64,000 nucleotides of DNA from Candidatus Poribacteria bacterium. GTDB taxonomy: Bacteria; Poribacteria; WGA-4E; WGA-3G. Shown in pieces: positions 9,824 through 20,178 of this stretch (the first letter of the stretch is position 1; the number at the start of each line of letters is the position of its first letter). The notes below the pieces were generated by a model. The model had not been told where the DNA came from. It ran no database searches and saw only the letters and a list, made by a program, of their open reading frames with translations. A program made the translations under genes and the position numbers. The DNA lies in assembly GCA_965198235.1 (NCBI GenBank), contig OZ240248.1, forward strand, positions 2,528,001-2,592,000. Direction: 5' to 3'.

Positions 9824-10627
9824 TTAATACTGCTGTTTAACACTCGCCCAGGTTGTGGAGAGTTTATCCTCGGGTTCAACGGGTGTCAGAAGCAACGCCG
9901 AAAGCCCTTTATCCATCATCATTTTGATCTCGCCAGCACTCAGTGCGATGTTGAAAATGGCGACTTCATCAATGACCGCATCGCCGAATCTACCGTCACA
10001 ACAGGTGTCTCTCCCGATAAAAAGTTCTCCATCGTCGGCATCAATCGGATTGGTATTGATTGTCATTGTGCTTTCTACCACACCATCGATATAGATGTTC
10101 CACTCACCCGTTGCGCTGTCAAAGGTGGTGGTATAGAGATGCCAATCGGTGAGGTCACCCGGTCCGACTTCGCCGTCGCGCCAGCCGCCAGGCTTGTTCC
10201 AGCATCCACCGTTACAAATGGGCCACGAAACGTTTTTTGTTCCTTGGTTAGGGTGGATGATATACGCATTCCGTTTTTCAACCATCCAGCCGTGCTGATT
10301 CCAGTTATCTGTCATGCTTTTAACCCAGATTGAGACGGTGATAGCATCAGTCGGATTCACGTGTGCAGGAACTTCAACGTAAGCGTCTGAGCCATTGAGT
10401 TCTAACCCCGAACCAAATACTCCGCTAACCCACGTCGGGTTACCTACCACCGCTGCATCAAGTGCGCTATCTGAGGAATCTGCGGCAACGTCCCCGCTAC
10501 CTTCATCGAACAGCCAGAGGCCTGTCAACGTCCTCATCTCAAGTTGCGCGAGCGCAGGGCTACCCGGTAGACAGACACTCAACATTAGGCTGAGTCCTAC
10601 AAAGGTTAATCGCGTCATAAATTTCAT
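9824..10627 (-). CDS. Secreted LamG-like domain protein
   Basis: WLFDEGSG, WHLYTTTF, IDEVAIFN; tail VEPEDKLSTTWASVK. Confidence 0.85.
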   Translation of the reverse strand: MKFMTRLTFVGLSLMLSVCLPGSPALAQLEMRTLTGLWLFDEGSGDVAADSSDSALDAAVVGNPTWVSGVFGSGLELNGSDAYVEVPAHVNPTDAITVSIWVKSMTDNWNQHGWMVEKRNAYIIHPNQGTKNVSWPICNGGCWNKPGGWRDGEVGPGDLTDWHLYTTTFDSATGEWNIYIDGVVESTMTINTNPIDADDGELFIGRDTCCDGRFGDAVIDEVAIFNIALSAGEIKMMMDKGLSALLLTPVEPEDKLSTTWASVKQQY

Positions 10628-10840
10628 AGAAATCTCCTAATCTATTTAGATGTTTGCGTCTGGACAAATCGTGTTTGATAGGTTTGTGAAACTTTTTCAC
10701 ACTACGTCTAATTATTATGCCATGAATATTGAACGGGTGTCAATCCAAATTTTCAAGGAGTAAGACCACTCGCCACATCGCCGTTTCTTCTATACAAATG
10801 TCAGCAAAACTGGAAACTGAACGTGCCCTATACTTTTCGA

Positions 10841-10870
10841 TTGACACGAATTATTAAGTCGTGGTATTAT
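10841..10870 (+). promoter_or_regulatory. Sigma70-type promoter
   Basis: TTGACA-N18-TATTAT with extended TG, upstream of the 11030 gene. Confidence 0.55.
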
Positions 10871-11029
10871 ATTAGACATAGAATGAAGCGCGTAAGTTTC
10901 AGTTCACGGTTCTTGAACAGTCCATGGGGCACTACCTAAAACGAAGGGCGCTGATTGCAAGCCCATCTCAAGATGTAAGGAGGATGGCGTTCATTCCACT
11001 CAAAAGGGTGGGTTTCGACGCTGTGAAAT

Positions 11030-12922
11030 TTGATGAAACTGAGAAAGCAAATCTTATCTATTCTGGTAGTTATGCTACTGCTTGCCGCAGTGCCGTTCGC
11101 GCTTGCACAAAAAGCATGGGTGACGGTGAGCGAATCCAAGTGGCAAGCTACCTTTTCCGATGTCTTTTTTGTAGACGCACAGCATGGATGGATTGTCGGT
11201 AGCAATTCAACCATTTTGCATACCATCGATGGTGGTGCAACATGGAACAGGCAACCGAGTCAACCGCTACCATTTGATAATCTTGAGTTAAAGAAAGTCC
11301 GCTTTATCGACCCACAGGTTGGCTGGGTCGTCGGTGACAATGGCACAATATTGAAGACGACAGATGGCGGACAGACTTGGATGAAAAAAAATACAGGTAC
11401 CCGCACCGCACTATTGGCTGTTTCTTTTCCTGATGATAAACACGGCTGGGCAAGCGGAGACGGAGGCCTCATCATCGGCACGAAAAACGGTGGCACAACC
11501 TGGACGAAACAGCAACTGGACACCAACAATACGATTGAAGGAATCGACTTTGTGAGTGCAATGGTCGGTTGGGCGGCGGGCGGCGGTGGAACCCTCCTCC
11601 ATACCAAAGATGGGGGGCAGACATGGAAATTCCAGACCAGTGCCACAGTCAACACACTCGATGCTATTTCCATGTTAAATGACAAAGTAGGCTGGGCCGT
11701 TGGTGCCGGGGGTGCTATCGTTGCAACGGTTGACGGTGCCGAGTGGGTCGTTCAAGAGAGTAAAGTCCCCAATTCTAACGGTATGCCTGAGCCTGTTTGG
11801 GATGTCCATTTTGCCGATGGAAAAGTGGGCATTGCTGCCGCCGAATTCGGGGTAATTCTTCGGACAACGGATGGCGGCATGACCTGGGGACCGCTTGAAC
11901 CGCGACCCGTTGCGTCTCGTCTACAAGGTGTCCACATGCTCAGCCCAACCGAAGCATGGATGGTCGGAAACGACGCAACTATCCTGCACACAACCGATGG
12001 CGGAGACACTTGGGATATCGTTTCCAGTTCAAGCCATTTACGCAGTGCTTATTTCCATGACGACAAACTCGGTTGGGCGGTCGGTTTGTCAGGGAGCGTT
12101 TTGCACACCAACGATGGCGGCGAAACGTGGCAACCTCAGCTGAGCGGTAACGTCTTTGAACTCTTCGGAGTCGGGTTTGTGGATGAGAACAGGGGTTATA
12201 TCGTCGGAAGCAACGCCGCTTTAGCCGAAACACTTGATGGTGGGAAAACGTGGCATGGGGTTAGCGATCCAGGCGATGAAGGCCACGGCACTGCCCAGCG
12301 AATCCAATTTGAAGGCATAATGAGTTGGCGGAGTGCTATGGGATCCTATGGCATGAGTTTTGGTACCCCAACACACGCTTGGGCAGTCGGAGAAACCGGA
12401 AGGGTTATGCACACTAACGACGCAGGACAAACATGGTTGGGACAAGACATAGATCCCATGATGACAGGCGCAGGCTTTAACAACCTCTATGGTGTCCACT
12501 TCATAAATGAAAGGGTCGGTTGGATAGTTGGTGATGCTGGAACTATCGCAAAGACGATGGATGCCGGGCTAAGTTGGACACCTATCTTGCAAGGACCGAA
12601 ATTGAATGATGTCTATGCCATCGACGAGCAGACCGCCTGGATCGCTGGCGACCAAGGTGCCATCATGGCAACCACGGATGGTGGCGCAACATGGGTCGAT
12701 CAGACAGTCCCAACGGATGCTAACCTGAATACTATTCTGTTCCGAGATGCCAACGAAGGCTGGGCAGCCGGAAACAATGGAACGATTCTTTACACCTCTG
12801 ATGGCGGTGTTACTTGGTTGATGCAAGAATCACCTACGATGAGCCATCTATGGGATCTCGTCCAAACGCCAAGTGGTCAGATCTGGGCAGTTGGCGATTC
12901 TACAACTATTGTCCGCTATTAG
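11030..12922 (+). CDS. Secreted YCF48-like BNR/Asp-box beta-propeller protein
   Basis: Signal peptide; many GW.VG..G.IL.T.DGG.TW repeats. Confidence 0.85.
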   Translation: MMKLRKQILSILVVMLLLAAVPFALAQKAWVTVSESKWQATFSDVFFVDAQHGWIVGSNSTILHTIDGGATWNRQPSQPLPFDNLELKKVRFIDPQVGWVVGDNGTILKTTDGGQTWMKKNTGTRTALLAVSFPDDKHGWASGDGGLIIGTKNGGTTWTKQQLDTNNTIEGIDFVSAMVGWAAGGGGTLLHTKDGGQTWKFQTSATVNTLDAISMLNDKVGWAVGAGGAIVATVDGAEWVVQESKVPNSNGMPEPVWDVHFADGKVGIAAAEFGVILRTTDGGMTWGPLEPRPVASRLQGVHMLSPTEAWMVGNDATILHTTDGGDTWDIVSSSSHLRSAYFHDDKLGWAVGLSGSVLHTNDGGETWQPQLSGNVFELFGVGFVDENRGYIVGSNAALAETLDGGKTWHGVSDPGDEGHGTAQRIQFEGIMSWRSAMGSYGMSFGTPTHAWAVGETGRVMHTNDAGQTWLGQDIDPMMTGAGFNNLYGVHFINERVGWIVGDAGTIAKTMDAGLSWTPILQGPKLNDVYAIDEQTAWIAGDQGAIMATTDGGATWVDQTVPTDANLNTILFRDANEGWAAGNNGTILYTSDGGVTWLMQESPTMSHLWDLVQTPSGQIWAVGDSTTIVRY

Positions 12923-13022
12923 ATACTGTTTACATAACGTGGTGGGCGGGTCCTATACCCGCCTACTTTCATGATTTCATTAGTAGAGACGTGTTTTCGT
13001 AAATGCCCGTCTTTAACTAATA

Positions 13023-14441
13023 TTGGAGGACGCAACCGCAATGAATACATTACGGTTCTGCCACTTCGTATGTGTTGGAACCTTTCTATTCCTTCTAATT
13101 AATCTCTCTGTTGTAGCACAAGAACCACAGGTTTTGACATTAGAGGAAAGTATTGAGATTGCCGAACAGAGCAATCTTACCCTTCAGACTGCTGAGCAGA
13201 ACCTCAAAACTGCCGAGGCACAAGTTCGCGCAACACGCGCCGGACTCTTGCCAAGAATAACAGCCAGTGGTAATTACACCTATTTTAAAGATATACAAAA
13301 ATCGGTAATTCAAGCCGAGGGCGGGTTTGGGTTTCCAATGCCGGACAGAGAAATGGATGGTCCGGTGCCACCCAGCGCGGATAACGAATCCGACCTGATT
13401 GAGTTGGAATTCGGTGCCCATCACAACGTTCAAGGCACGGTCAGTTTAACACAACCTATCTTCGCCTGGGGACGCTATTATTACGGTTATCAAACCGCAA
13501 CACTCAACTATCAAGCAATACAACGTGATGTTGATGCCGCTTATAATCAACTCCGCTTAGATGTGTCCGAAGCGTTCTATGGTGCGTTGGTCGCGCAAGA
13601 CTTTGTAAGAGTCGCCCAACAAAGTGTTTCCTTGGTTGAAGAGCAACTCACAATCGCAGAGGCATCGCTTAATGCGGGTGCTGCAACCAATTTCGATGTA
13701 CTTCGTGCCAAGGTCCAACTCGCAAATGCCGAATCGCAACTCATTCGCGCCCAGAATGGTGTCCAAACTGCCAAGGATGCCTATAAAACGGTGCTGAACA
13801 TACCCCTCTCTGAAAACATATCAGTTAAAGGAACACTTGAAGTTCCAGAGAACCATAAAATACCGGCGTTAAACCTCGCAGCACTCGTCCAACAGGCACT
13901 TGAAAATCGTCCCGAAATGCATCGCACACAATTTACTGAACATGCTGCCCGTAAACAGATTGATGTCGCCAAGACGCTGAGCCGTCCAGATCTCGGCTTC
14001 TTCAGTAACTATCAAATTTCACAAAATGAAAGACTAACCGAAATGAATAGAATTTGGAGCCTCGGGGTCCAAATCAATATTCCGATTTTCGATGGATTTG
14101 CGACGCGCGCAGCCGTGCAACAAAGCGAGTCTGCTCTAAAGCAGGTCCAGTTGGGCGGGACGCAAATGAAAGTCGGAGTTGAATTTGAGGTGCGTGCTGC
14201 GTATCTCAATCTCCGTGGGGCAGAAGCGATCATTGGGGTCCAGCGCGAGGCAGTCGCCCAAGCGCTCGAGAGTGTACGTATCGCGAATCTCCAATTTCAG
14301 AACGGGATAATTACCACGGTCGCATTGACTGACACACAACTCGCACTGGCACAGGCAGAAGTTAACCGTCTTCAGGCATATCACGATTACATTGTCGGCT
14401 TAGCAAGGCTCGAAAAAGCGATAGGACAAAAACTACAATAA
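13023..14441 (+). CDS. TolC-family outer membrane efflux protein
   Basis: LTLEESIEIA..N, duplicated OEP halves, INIPIFDG, ARLEKAIG. Confidence 0.9.
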   Translation: MEDATAMNTLRFCHFVCVGTFLFLLINLSVVAQEPQVLTLEESIEIAEQSNLTLQTAEQNLKTAEAQVRATRAGLLPRITASGNYTYFKDIQKSVIQAEGGFGFPMPDREMDGPVPPSADNESDLIELEFGAHHNVQGTVSLTQPIFAWGRYYYGYQTATLNYQAIQRDVDAAYNQLRLDVSEAFYGALVAQDFVRVAQQSVSLVEEQLTIAEASLNAGAATNFDVLRAKVQLANAESQLIRAQNGVQTAKDAYKTVLNIPLSENISVKGTLEVPENHKIPALNLAALVQQALENRPEMHRTQFTEHAARKQIDVAKTLSRPDLGFFSNYQISQNERLTEMNRIWSLGVQINIPIFDGFATRAAVQQSESALKQVQLGGTQMKVGVEFEVRAAYLNLRGAEAIIGVQREAVAQALESVRIANLQFQNGIITTVALTDTQLALAQAEVNRLQAYHDYIVGLARLEKAIGQKLQ

Positions 14442-14483
14442 ACAGAAAATTCTTAACGATGTCGGTTAAAAGGAGAAAAAGAA

Positions 14484-16091
14484 TTGAAGAAAGTATTGAT
14501 TGGCATTCTCATAATATTAGCAATAGCCGTGGTTATTAGCCTGCCGCGGTTTCTAAAACCGGAAAAATCCACAATCCAGCAAGCACAAGCCACAGTCCTT
14601 AAGCCGGTGGAAATTGCAAAGGCAACACGCGGAGAGATTCGTTCAGAACTCGAATTATCCGGCACTATTCAAGCGGAATCACAAGTCAGCGTCTTTCCCA
14701 AAGTAGCCGGTCGTCTCGTTATCTTAAACGTAGATGAGGGGCACAGTGTAGAGAAAGAGGCATCTCTTGCTGTTGTGGAGCATGAGGAACTCAAACTCGC
14801 GGTGCAACAGGCAGAAGCGGCGCTGGAAGCGGCGGAAACCGCTTATGCCCAGACAAAACAGCTCGCAAAAGTGCGTGTACACTCGCAGATTGCCCAGGCA
14901 AGGGCGCAGTTCCGCTCCGCAGAGATCGCACGACAACAAGTAGTCGACCTCTCTGAAATCCGAGCAGTCACACAAATAGAGCAGGCACAAGCCGCATTGG
15001 AGTCTCTTGTTGCAAATCTCCAGAAAATTAAAAGCGGTGCTCGCGATGAAGACCGGCGACAAGCGCAGGCAGGACTGAGTCAAGCCGACGCGAACCTTAC
15101 GAATGCCAGAAGCAATCACGAACGCATGGTGGAGCTCTTCCAAAATGGCGCGATTAGCCAGCAATCTCTTGAAGGTGCGAAGACGCAGTTAGATATTGCC
15201 GTTGCCCAACATAGAATAGCTTCTGAACAACTTCAACTTATCAATAACGGCGCGCGTGCTGAGGATATTCAAGCCATGGAGGCACAAGTTGAGCAGGCGG
15301 AAGCCTCCTTACGACTCGCACAGACCCAAGCCGCTACGAGGACATGGGAGAAAGACATTGAACTTGCGGATTTCCAAGTCGAAACTGCACGTGCTGTACT
15401 CACCTCCGCGGAAGCCTTAAAGACTGCCAAAAGTTGGGAAGCCGAAATTACGTCCGCGAAAACCGCACGCACGCAGGCACACATTGCTCTTAAGCTCGCT
15501 CAAAAACGTCTGAACGATGCCACAATTCACGCTCCGATTTCCGGGGTCGTCTCCAGACGCTACTTGGATTTAGGGGGCATGGCACTTCCTGCATCACCGC
15601 TTTTTGAGATCGTTAATATTGATACCGTTAAAGCCACCGTTGAGGTTATTGAAGTCCAGTTGAGCCAATTGGCACTCAATCAACAGGCGTCCATAGAGAT
15701 TGATGGCATAGATGCCCAGATGTCCGGTAGTGTTGCTTTTATTAGTCCAACTTTAATGCCGGCGCGTCGCACAGCTACCGTTGAAGTCCGCATTGACAAC
15801 CCACACGGAACTCTTAAACCGGGGATGTTCGCGAAAGTTACCATTCCTATCGAAGTACATACAGATGCAATTCTCATCTCGCGTGCCTCACTCATTGAGG
15901 GTGCTGACGCAAAGACGCAGAACGTTTTCGTCATTGAGGATGGGGTAAGCCAGCGTCGTGTTGTGGAAATAGGCCTTTTGCGGGGTGGTGAAGCTGAAGT
16001 CCTTAGCGGACTTACCGAAGGCGAAGCAGTTGTCACTGCTGGACAACATTCTCTAAAACAGGGGGAAAGTGTTCGGATCGTTAATCCGTAG
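14484..16091 (+). CDS. Efflux periplasmic adaptor (MFP) with extended coiled coil
   Basis: VFPKVAGR, TIHAPISGVV, LKPGMFA, SGLTEGEAVV. Confidence 0.9.
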   Translation: MKKVLIGILIILAIAVVISLPRFLKPEKSTIQQAQATVLKPVEIAKATRGEIRSELELSGTIQAESQVSVFPKVAGRLVILNVDEGHSVEKEASLAVVEHEELKLAVQQAEAALEAAETAYAQTKQLAKVRVHSQIAQARAQFRSAEIARQQVVDLSEIRAVTQIEQAQAALESLVANLQKIKSGARDEDRRQAQAGLSQADANLTNARSNHERMVELFQNGAISQQSLEGAKTQLDIAVAQHRIASEQLQLINNGARAEDIQAMEAQVEQAEASLRLAQTQAATRTWEKDIELADFQVETARAVLTSAEALKTAKSWEAEITSAKTARTQAHIALKLAQKRLNDATIHAPISGVVSRRYLDLGGMALPASPLFEIVNIDTVKATVEVIEVQLSQLALNQQASIEIDGIDAQMSGSVAFISPTLMPARRTATVEVRIDNPHGTLKPGMFAKVTIPIEVHTDAILISRASLIEGADAKTQNVFVIEDGVSQRRVVEIGLLRGGEAEVLSGLTEGEAVVTAGQHSLKQGESVRIVNP

Positions 16092-16338
16092 ATGTTTTTA
16101 TAGTGCTGCTACGCTATTGATGGAATAGAGAGGTTTTGTAGGTGTTGTTTGAAAAAAGGCTTGATAAATTAAGGGGATAGATGTAACATGGTGTCGCAAC
16201 ACTTATTATCCTCATGAAACTGAGGATGTTTTAGAGCAGTACCGTGTCAAGGAAAATTGGGTGAGACCCGTTTAAGCGCATTTTCCGTTCTGAGTTCGAG
16301 AAAGGGGTTGCCAACGACGTTCATACAATGAAGTCTGG

Positions 16339-17865
16339 TTGGGAAGGCAAATGAAAGTTGAACAACTCCACGGTCCCAGAGTGAAATCCTTTCAGGTCCT
16401 TGAGTTGGAGTATCTTTTGCAGGAGGATTCTCCTGAACTCTTCTTTTCGTTTGGCTTACAAAAGGGTGGACATGTGATTGTCACCCGTGCGCCTGCAAGA
16501 CTTGACATTATGGGCGGTATCGCTGATTACTGCGGCGCGAATGTTTTTGAAATGACCCTCAACCGCACCGCAATCGCCGCGTGCCAAGCGAGGGAAGGTA
16601 GAAACCTCTGTGCCATCACGCTCCACGCGGGAAGTCAATTCAAACCCAACTTTCATCTCTCGCTTGATAGTTTCTATACGAATGGCACTCTCAAAACGTA
16701 TTCACAGATTCGGGAACGTTTCAGCCAAGAAACGGGAGCCGAGTGGACGGGGTATATCCTTGGGGCTTTTTATGTCCTCCTCAAAGAGGGGAAGATCGAT
16801 CAATTTCCGCACGGTGCTACGATAGTTATCAAAAGCGATATTCCGATCGGTGGTGGCGTAGCTTCCTCTGCCGCTATTGAAGTTGCTACACTGATGGCGA
16901 TCAACCGACTCTATGATTTAGAATTAGGCGCGATGGAGATAGCGCGCCTCGCACAAATCGTTGAAAATAGAATCGTTGGTGCCCCTTGTGGGATTATGGA
17001 TCAGGTGACTGCTGCCGCTGGCACGTCAACAAAGATTCTCTCAATTCTTTGTCAACCGGACAAAATTCTCGAATTCGTTTCATGTCCATTAAACGTGAGT
17101 TTTGTCGGTATCTATACGAAGGTCCGCAGAAGCACGACGAGCACTGCCTATATTGACACACGCGCTGGGGCCTTTATGGGATTAACTATCCTCAAAGCGG
17201 CGTTTTCATCAGAAGCGGGTCTCGATTCCGAGGGAAGCGGCATCGCTCGAAAAATATCCGAGGCGTTAGTAGATAACTACCTGTGCAACCTTTCTGTACA
17301 GGATTTTCGCGAGCAGTGTGAACACTTGTTGCCTGAGCAGATGCACGGTGCTGAGTTTCTTGACAAGTACGGCGAAACAGTTGATACCGCTACACAGGTT
17401 GACCCGGAGAAGTTATATTCTATTAGGAGTCGGGTACAACACGCAATTTACGAAAATGCACGTGTCAGACGATTTATTGCTGCTATAAAAAACGCCGATA
17501 AAGATTCTGAGCGTATCCAAGACTACCTTAGCGAAGCAGGTAATCTCATGTACGAATCCAATGCGAGTTACCGCGATCTGGCAGGACTCGGTTCCCGTGA
17601 AGTTGATGGACTTGTGAACATCGCTCGGAAGATTGGAGAACAGGGGGGTATCTACGGTGCCAAAATTACCGGTGGTGGCGGGGGCGGCACTGTTGCCTTG
17701 CTATGCCATGGGAATGTGGAAAATTCGCTGACACAAATTCTCGCGGCTTACAAACTGGCTTGGGGAATCGATGGAGAACTTATCCGAGGGAACGGTGCTG
17801 GTGCGCTTGAATTTGGTCATATCCTTTGGGAGTTGAAAGAACTTGAACCGCCTACACATTTTTAG
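16339..17865 (+). CDS. GHMP sugar kinase (galactokinase/L-arabinokinase-like)
   Basis: RAPARLDIMGGIADY, PIGGGVASSAA, GAPCGIMDQ, GAKITGGGGGG. Confidence 0.85.
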   Translation: MGRQMKVEQLHGPRVKSFQVLELEYLLQEDSPELFFSFGLQKGGHVIVTRAPARLDIMGGIADYCGANVFEMTLNRTAIAACQAREGRNLCAITLHAGSQFKPNFHLSLDSFYTNGTLKTYSQIRERFSQETGAEWTGYILGAFYVLLKEGKIDQFPHGATIVIKSDIPIGGGVASSAAIEVATLMAINRLYDLELGAMEIARLAQIVENRIVGAPCGIMDQVTAAAGTSTKILSILCQPDKILEFVSCPLNVSFVGIYTKVRRSTTSTAYIDTRAGAFMGLTILKAAFSSEAGLDSEGSGIARKISEALVDNYLCNLSVQDFREQCEHLLPEQMHGAEFLDKYGETVDTATQVDPEKLYSIRSRVQHAIYENARVRRFIAAIKNADKDSERIQDYLSEAGNLMYESNASYRDLAGLGSREVDGLVNIARKIGEQGGIYGAKITGGGGGGTVALLCHGNVENSLTQILAAYKLAWGIDGELIRGNGAGALEFGHILWELKELEPPTHF

Positions 17866-18028
17866 CGATTTTTTAACGATTGAAACGGGCGCGGTAACCT
17901 TGGGGAAACGCCCAAGCAAAAACCCCCTACGACAATAAACTTTTCACAACCCAAAGAGGGATAGACTTAACCGGAAACCACCGCGAAACGAAGTAGAGCG
18001 GTGCCCAGAGTTAATAATTTAAAAAACT

Positions 18029-19990
18029 GTGCAAAACCTTGACGAACAAAACCGGCGCCGTGAGCCTGGTGTTACATGGCGTGCCATCCTTATTGCCATC
18101 TTCTTAATTCCCCCTAACGTCTTTTGGGTCATCGAAGTTGAGTGTGTCTGGCACTCTGGGCATCCAACGACCATCTCTCTCTTTTGGAATGTCGTTCTCA
18201 ACATCTTTTTTCTGATCTTGATAAACCTTTTTCTGAAGCGTGTCGCCCCGCGATCCGCGCTAACACAGGGCGAGATGATTACCATTTACGCGATGCTTTC
18301 TATCGCCTCTGGTTTGGCTGGTCATGATACCTTAGCCCTGACAATTCCGGCACTCCCCCATGCATTCTGGTTTGCAACAATTGAGAACGATTGGACGGAT
18401 ATGTTCCACAATTATATTCCGCAACATCTCGTTGTTGCAGATAGGGAAATTATCCGTGGGTTTTATGAGGGCAACACCCCATTTTACAACGCTAAAATTG
18501 GCGGGGCATGGATAAAGCCGACCTTGTGGTGGACATCGTTGGTTATCGCCCTTGGTACCATCATGATCAGCATGAATGTGCTGATTCGGAAGCAGTGGAC
18601 AGAACACGAAAAACTGTCATACCCTATCATCCAACTCCCGATGGCAATTACAGAGGGTGGGGGTGCTGCACAACTTTTCCGAAATCGTGTTCTATGGTAC
18701 GGGTTCATTATCGCTGCACTGCTGAATGTTTGGCACGGCTTGGCGCACTTCTTTCCAGTCCTCCCGGATTTCAGTGTCCGCCATAACGCCCGTAATTGGG
18801 GGACAGTCTTCACCGAAAAACCGTGGAACGCTGTCGGGGGTATCCCTGTACCCTTCTACCCGTTTGTAATCGGCTTGGGATTCCTTTTGCCACTCGATCT
18901 CTCCTTCTCACTTTGGTTTTTCTATCTGTTTGAGAAAGCACAGCGGGTTTTCGGCAGCGCACTCGCAATCCCAGCCCCCTTTCCCTATAATAGCGAACAA
19001 TCGATTGGCGGTTGGATGGCGATCTTTGTCATCGCACTCCTCGTAACCCGAAGGCACATTGCAAACGTTGTACGCACCGTCTTGGGGATGCCAGGCGGTA
19101 TTGACGACTCGCAAGAGCCGATCCGCTACCGGACAGCACTCTTGCTCATTGTTGTTTCCAGTTTCTTTATTGTATGGTTCTGTCTGAAGGCGGGAATGAC
19201 GCTCCCAATTATTCTCCCTTTCTTCGCGTTCTTCTTTGCCATCTCGTTAGCGATTACGCGCGTCCGAGCGGAACTCGGCCCCCCTGCACATGAGATGGCA
19301 GGTATGTGTAACGCGCAACAGTTCTTAGTCAATATTCTGGGAACACGCCGCATTGGACCTAATAACCTGACCGTTTTCCCCTACTTCTGGTTTTTCAGCG
19401 GGCGCGGCTACCGCGAACATATCATGCCCCATCAACTTGAAGCCTTCAAGATGGCGGAACGGACAAATATGAACACGAAAAAGTTGGTTTTGGCGATGAT
19501 TATTGCTGTTGTTTTGGGGTCCCTCGCATCATTTTGGGCAACTCTTAGTGAACTTTATCGTCTCGGTGGTGCGATCACGGGGGCCGGCGGTGGCATTGGT
19601 CCGTCGGTCGGGCATATCGGTCAATTCGGTTGGCTTGCCGGTCTGTTCGCCTTCCCGCGCGACCCTGACATCCCTGCAATAACCTTCATGGCAGGCGGCA
19701 TGGGCTTCACTTTCTTCCTTATGGTCATGCGGATGCGTTTCATTTGGTGGCCCCTCCATCCAGCGGGCTATCCTATCTCCATGACGGGCGGCGTTGGCTA
19801 TTTTTGGAGTTGTCTCGTTATCAGTAGTTTTCTCAAATGGATGGCACTCCGATTCGGGGGACCGGGGACCTATCGAACGATGGTCTTTTTCTTTTTCGGG
19901 GTTATCCTTGGTGAATACTGTGTTGGGGCATTCTGGAGTGTTTTGAGTGTCATTATTCGTGAACCTATCTACGACTTCGCACCGGGTTAG
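18029..19990 (+). CDS. Polytopic membrane protein, DUF6785/DUF6784-type (putative transporter)
   Basis: Many TM helices, RKQW..HEKLSYPI..LP, WWPLHPAGY; paralog at 48997-50943. Confidence 0.7.
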   Translation: MQNLDEQNRRREPGVTWRAILIAIFLIPPNVFWVIEVECVWHSGHPTTISLFWNVVLNIFFLILINLFLKRVAPRSALTQGEMITIYAMLSIASGLAGHDTLALTIPALPHAFWFATIENDWTDMFHNYIPQHLVVADREIIRGFYEGNTPFYNAKIGGAWIKPTLWWTSLVIALGTIMISMNVLIRKQWTEHEKLSYPIIQLPMAITEGGGAAQLFRNRVLWYGFIIAALLNVWHGLAHFFPVLPDFSVRHNARNWGTVFTEKPWNAVGGIPVPFYPFVIGLGFLLPLDLSFSLWFFYLFEKAQRVFGSALAIPAPFPYNSEQSIGGWMAIFVIALLVTRRHIANVVRTVLGMPGGIDDSQEPIRYRTALLLIVVSSFFIVWFCLKAGMTLPIILPFFAFFFAISLAITRVRAELGPPAHEMAGMCNAQQFLVNILGTRRIGPNNLTVFPYFWFFSGRGYREHIMPHQLEAFKMAERTNMNTKKLVLAMIIAVVLGSLASFWATLSELYRLGGAITGAGGGIGPSVGHIGQFGWLAGLFAFPRDPDIPAITFMAGGMGFTFFLMVMRMRFIWWPLHPAGYPISMTGGVGYFWSCLVISSFLKWMALRFGGPGTYRTMVFFFFGVILGEYCVGAFWSVLSVIIREPIYDFAPG

Positions 19991-20178
19991 TTTTTTAATT
20001 TACCTTACGGTTAAACGACGAAGGGTCGAGATTTGACGGTTATCTATTACAAGTCGCCCTCCATTTCATTACGGGATAGGTTTTCGTTACTATCGGGAAT
20101 TGAAGTTCCCTCCTACGAAGTCCATATAGGCTGATCGGAAACCTGCGCGAAACGTAGTGGAGCGCAGTCCAGGATCTC

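Noticed and set aside
10682-10701. CRP/Rex-like palindrome TGTGAAACTTTTTCACA
   Set aside because: Spacing fits neither consensus exactly and there is a single copy; cannot be assigned
11030-12922. Photosystem II assembly function for the YCF48-like protein
   Set aside because: No photosynthesis genes nearby; the fold is a generic Asp-box propeller
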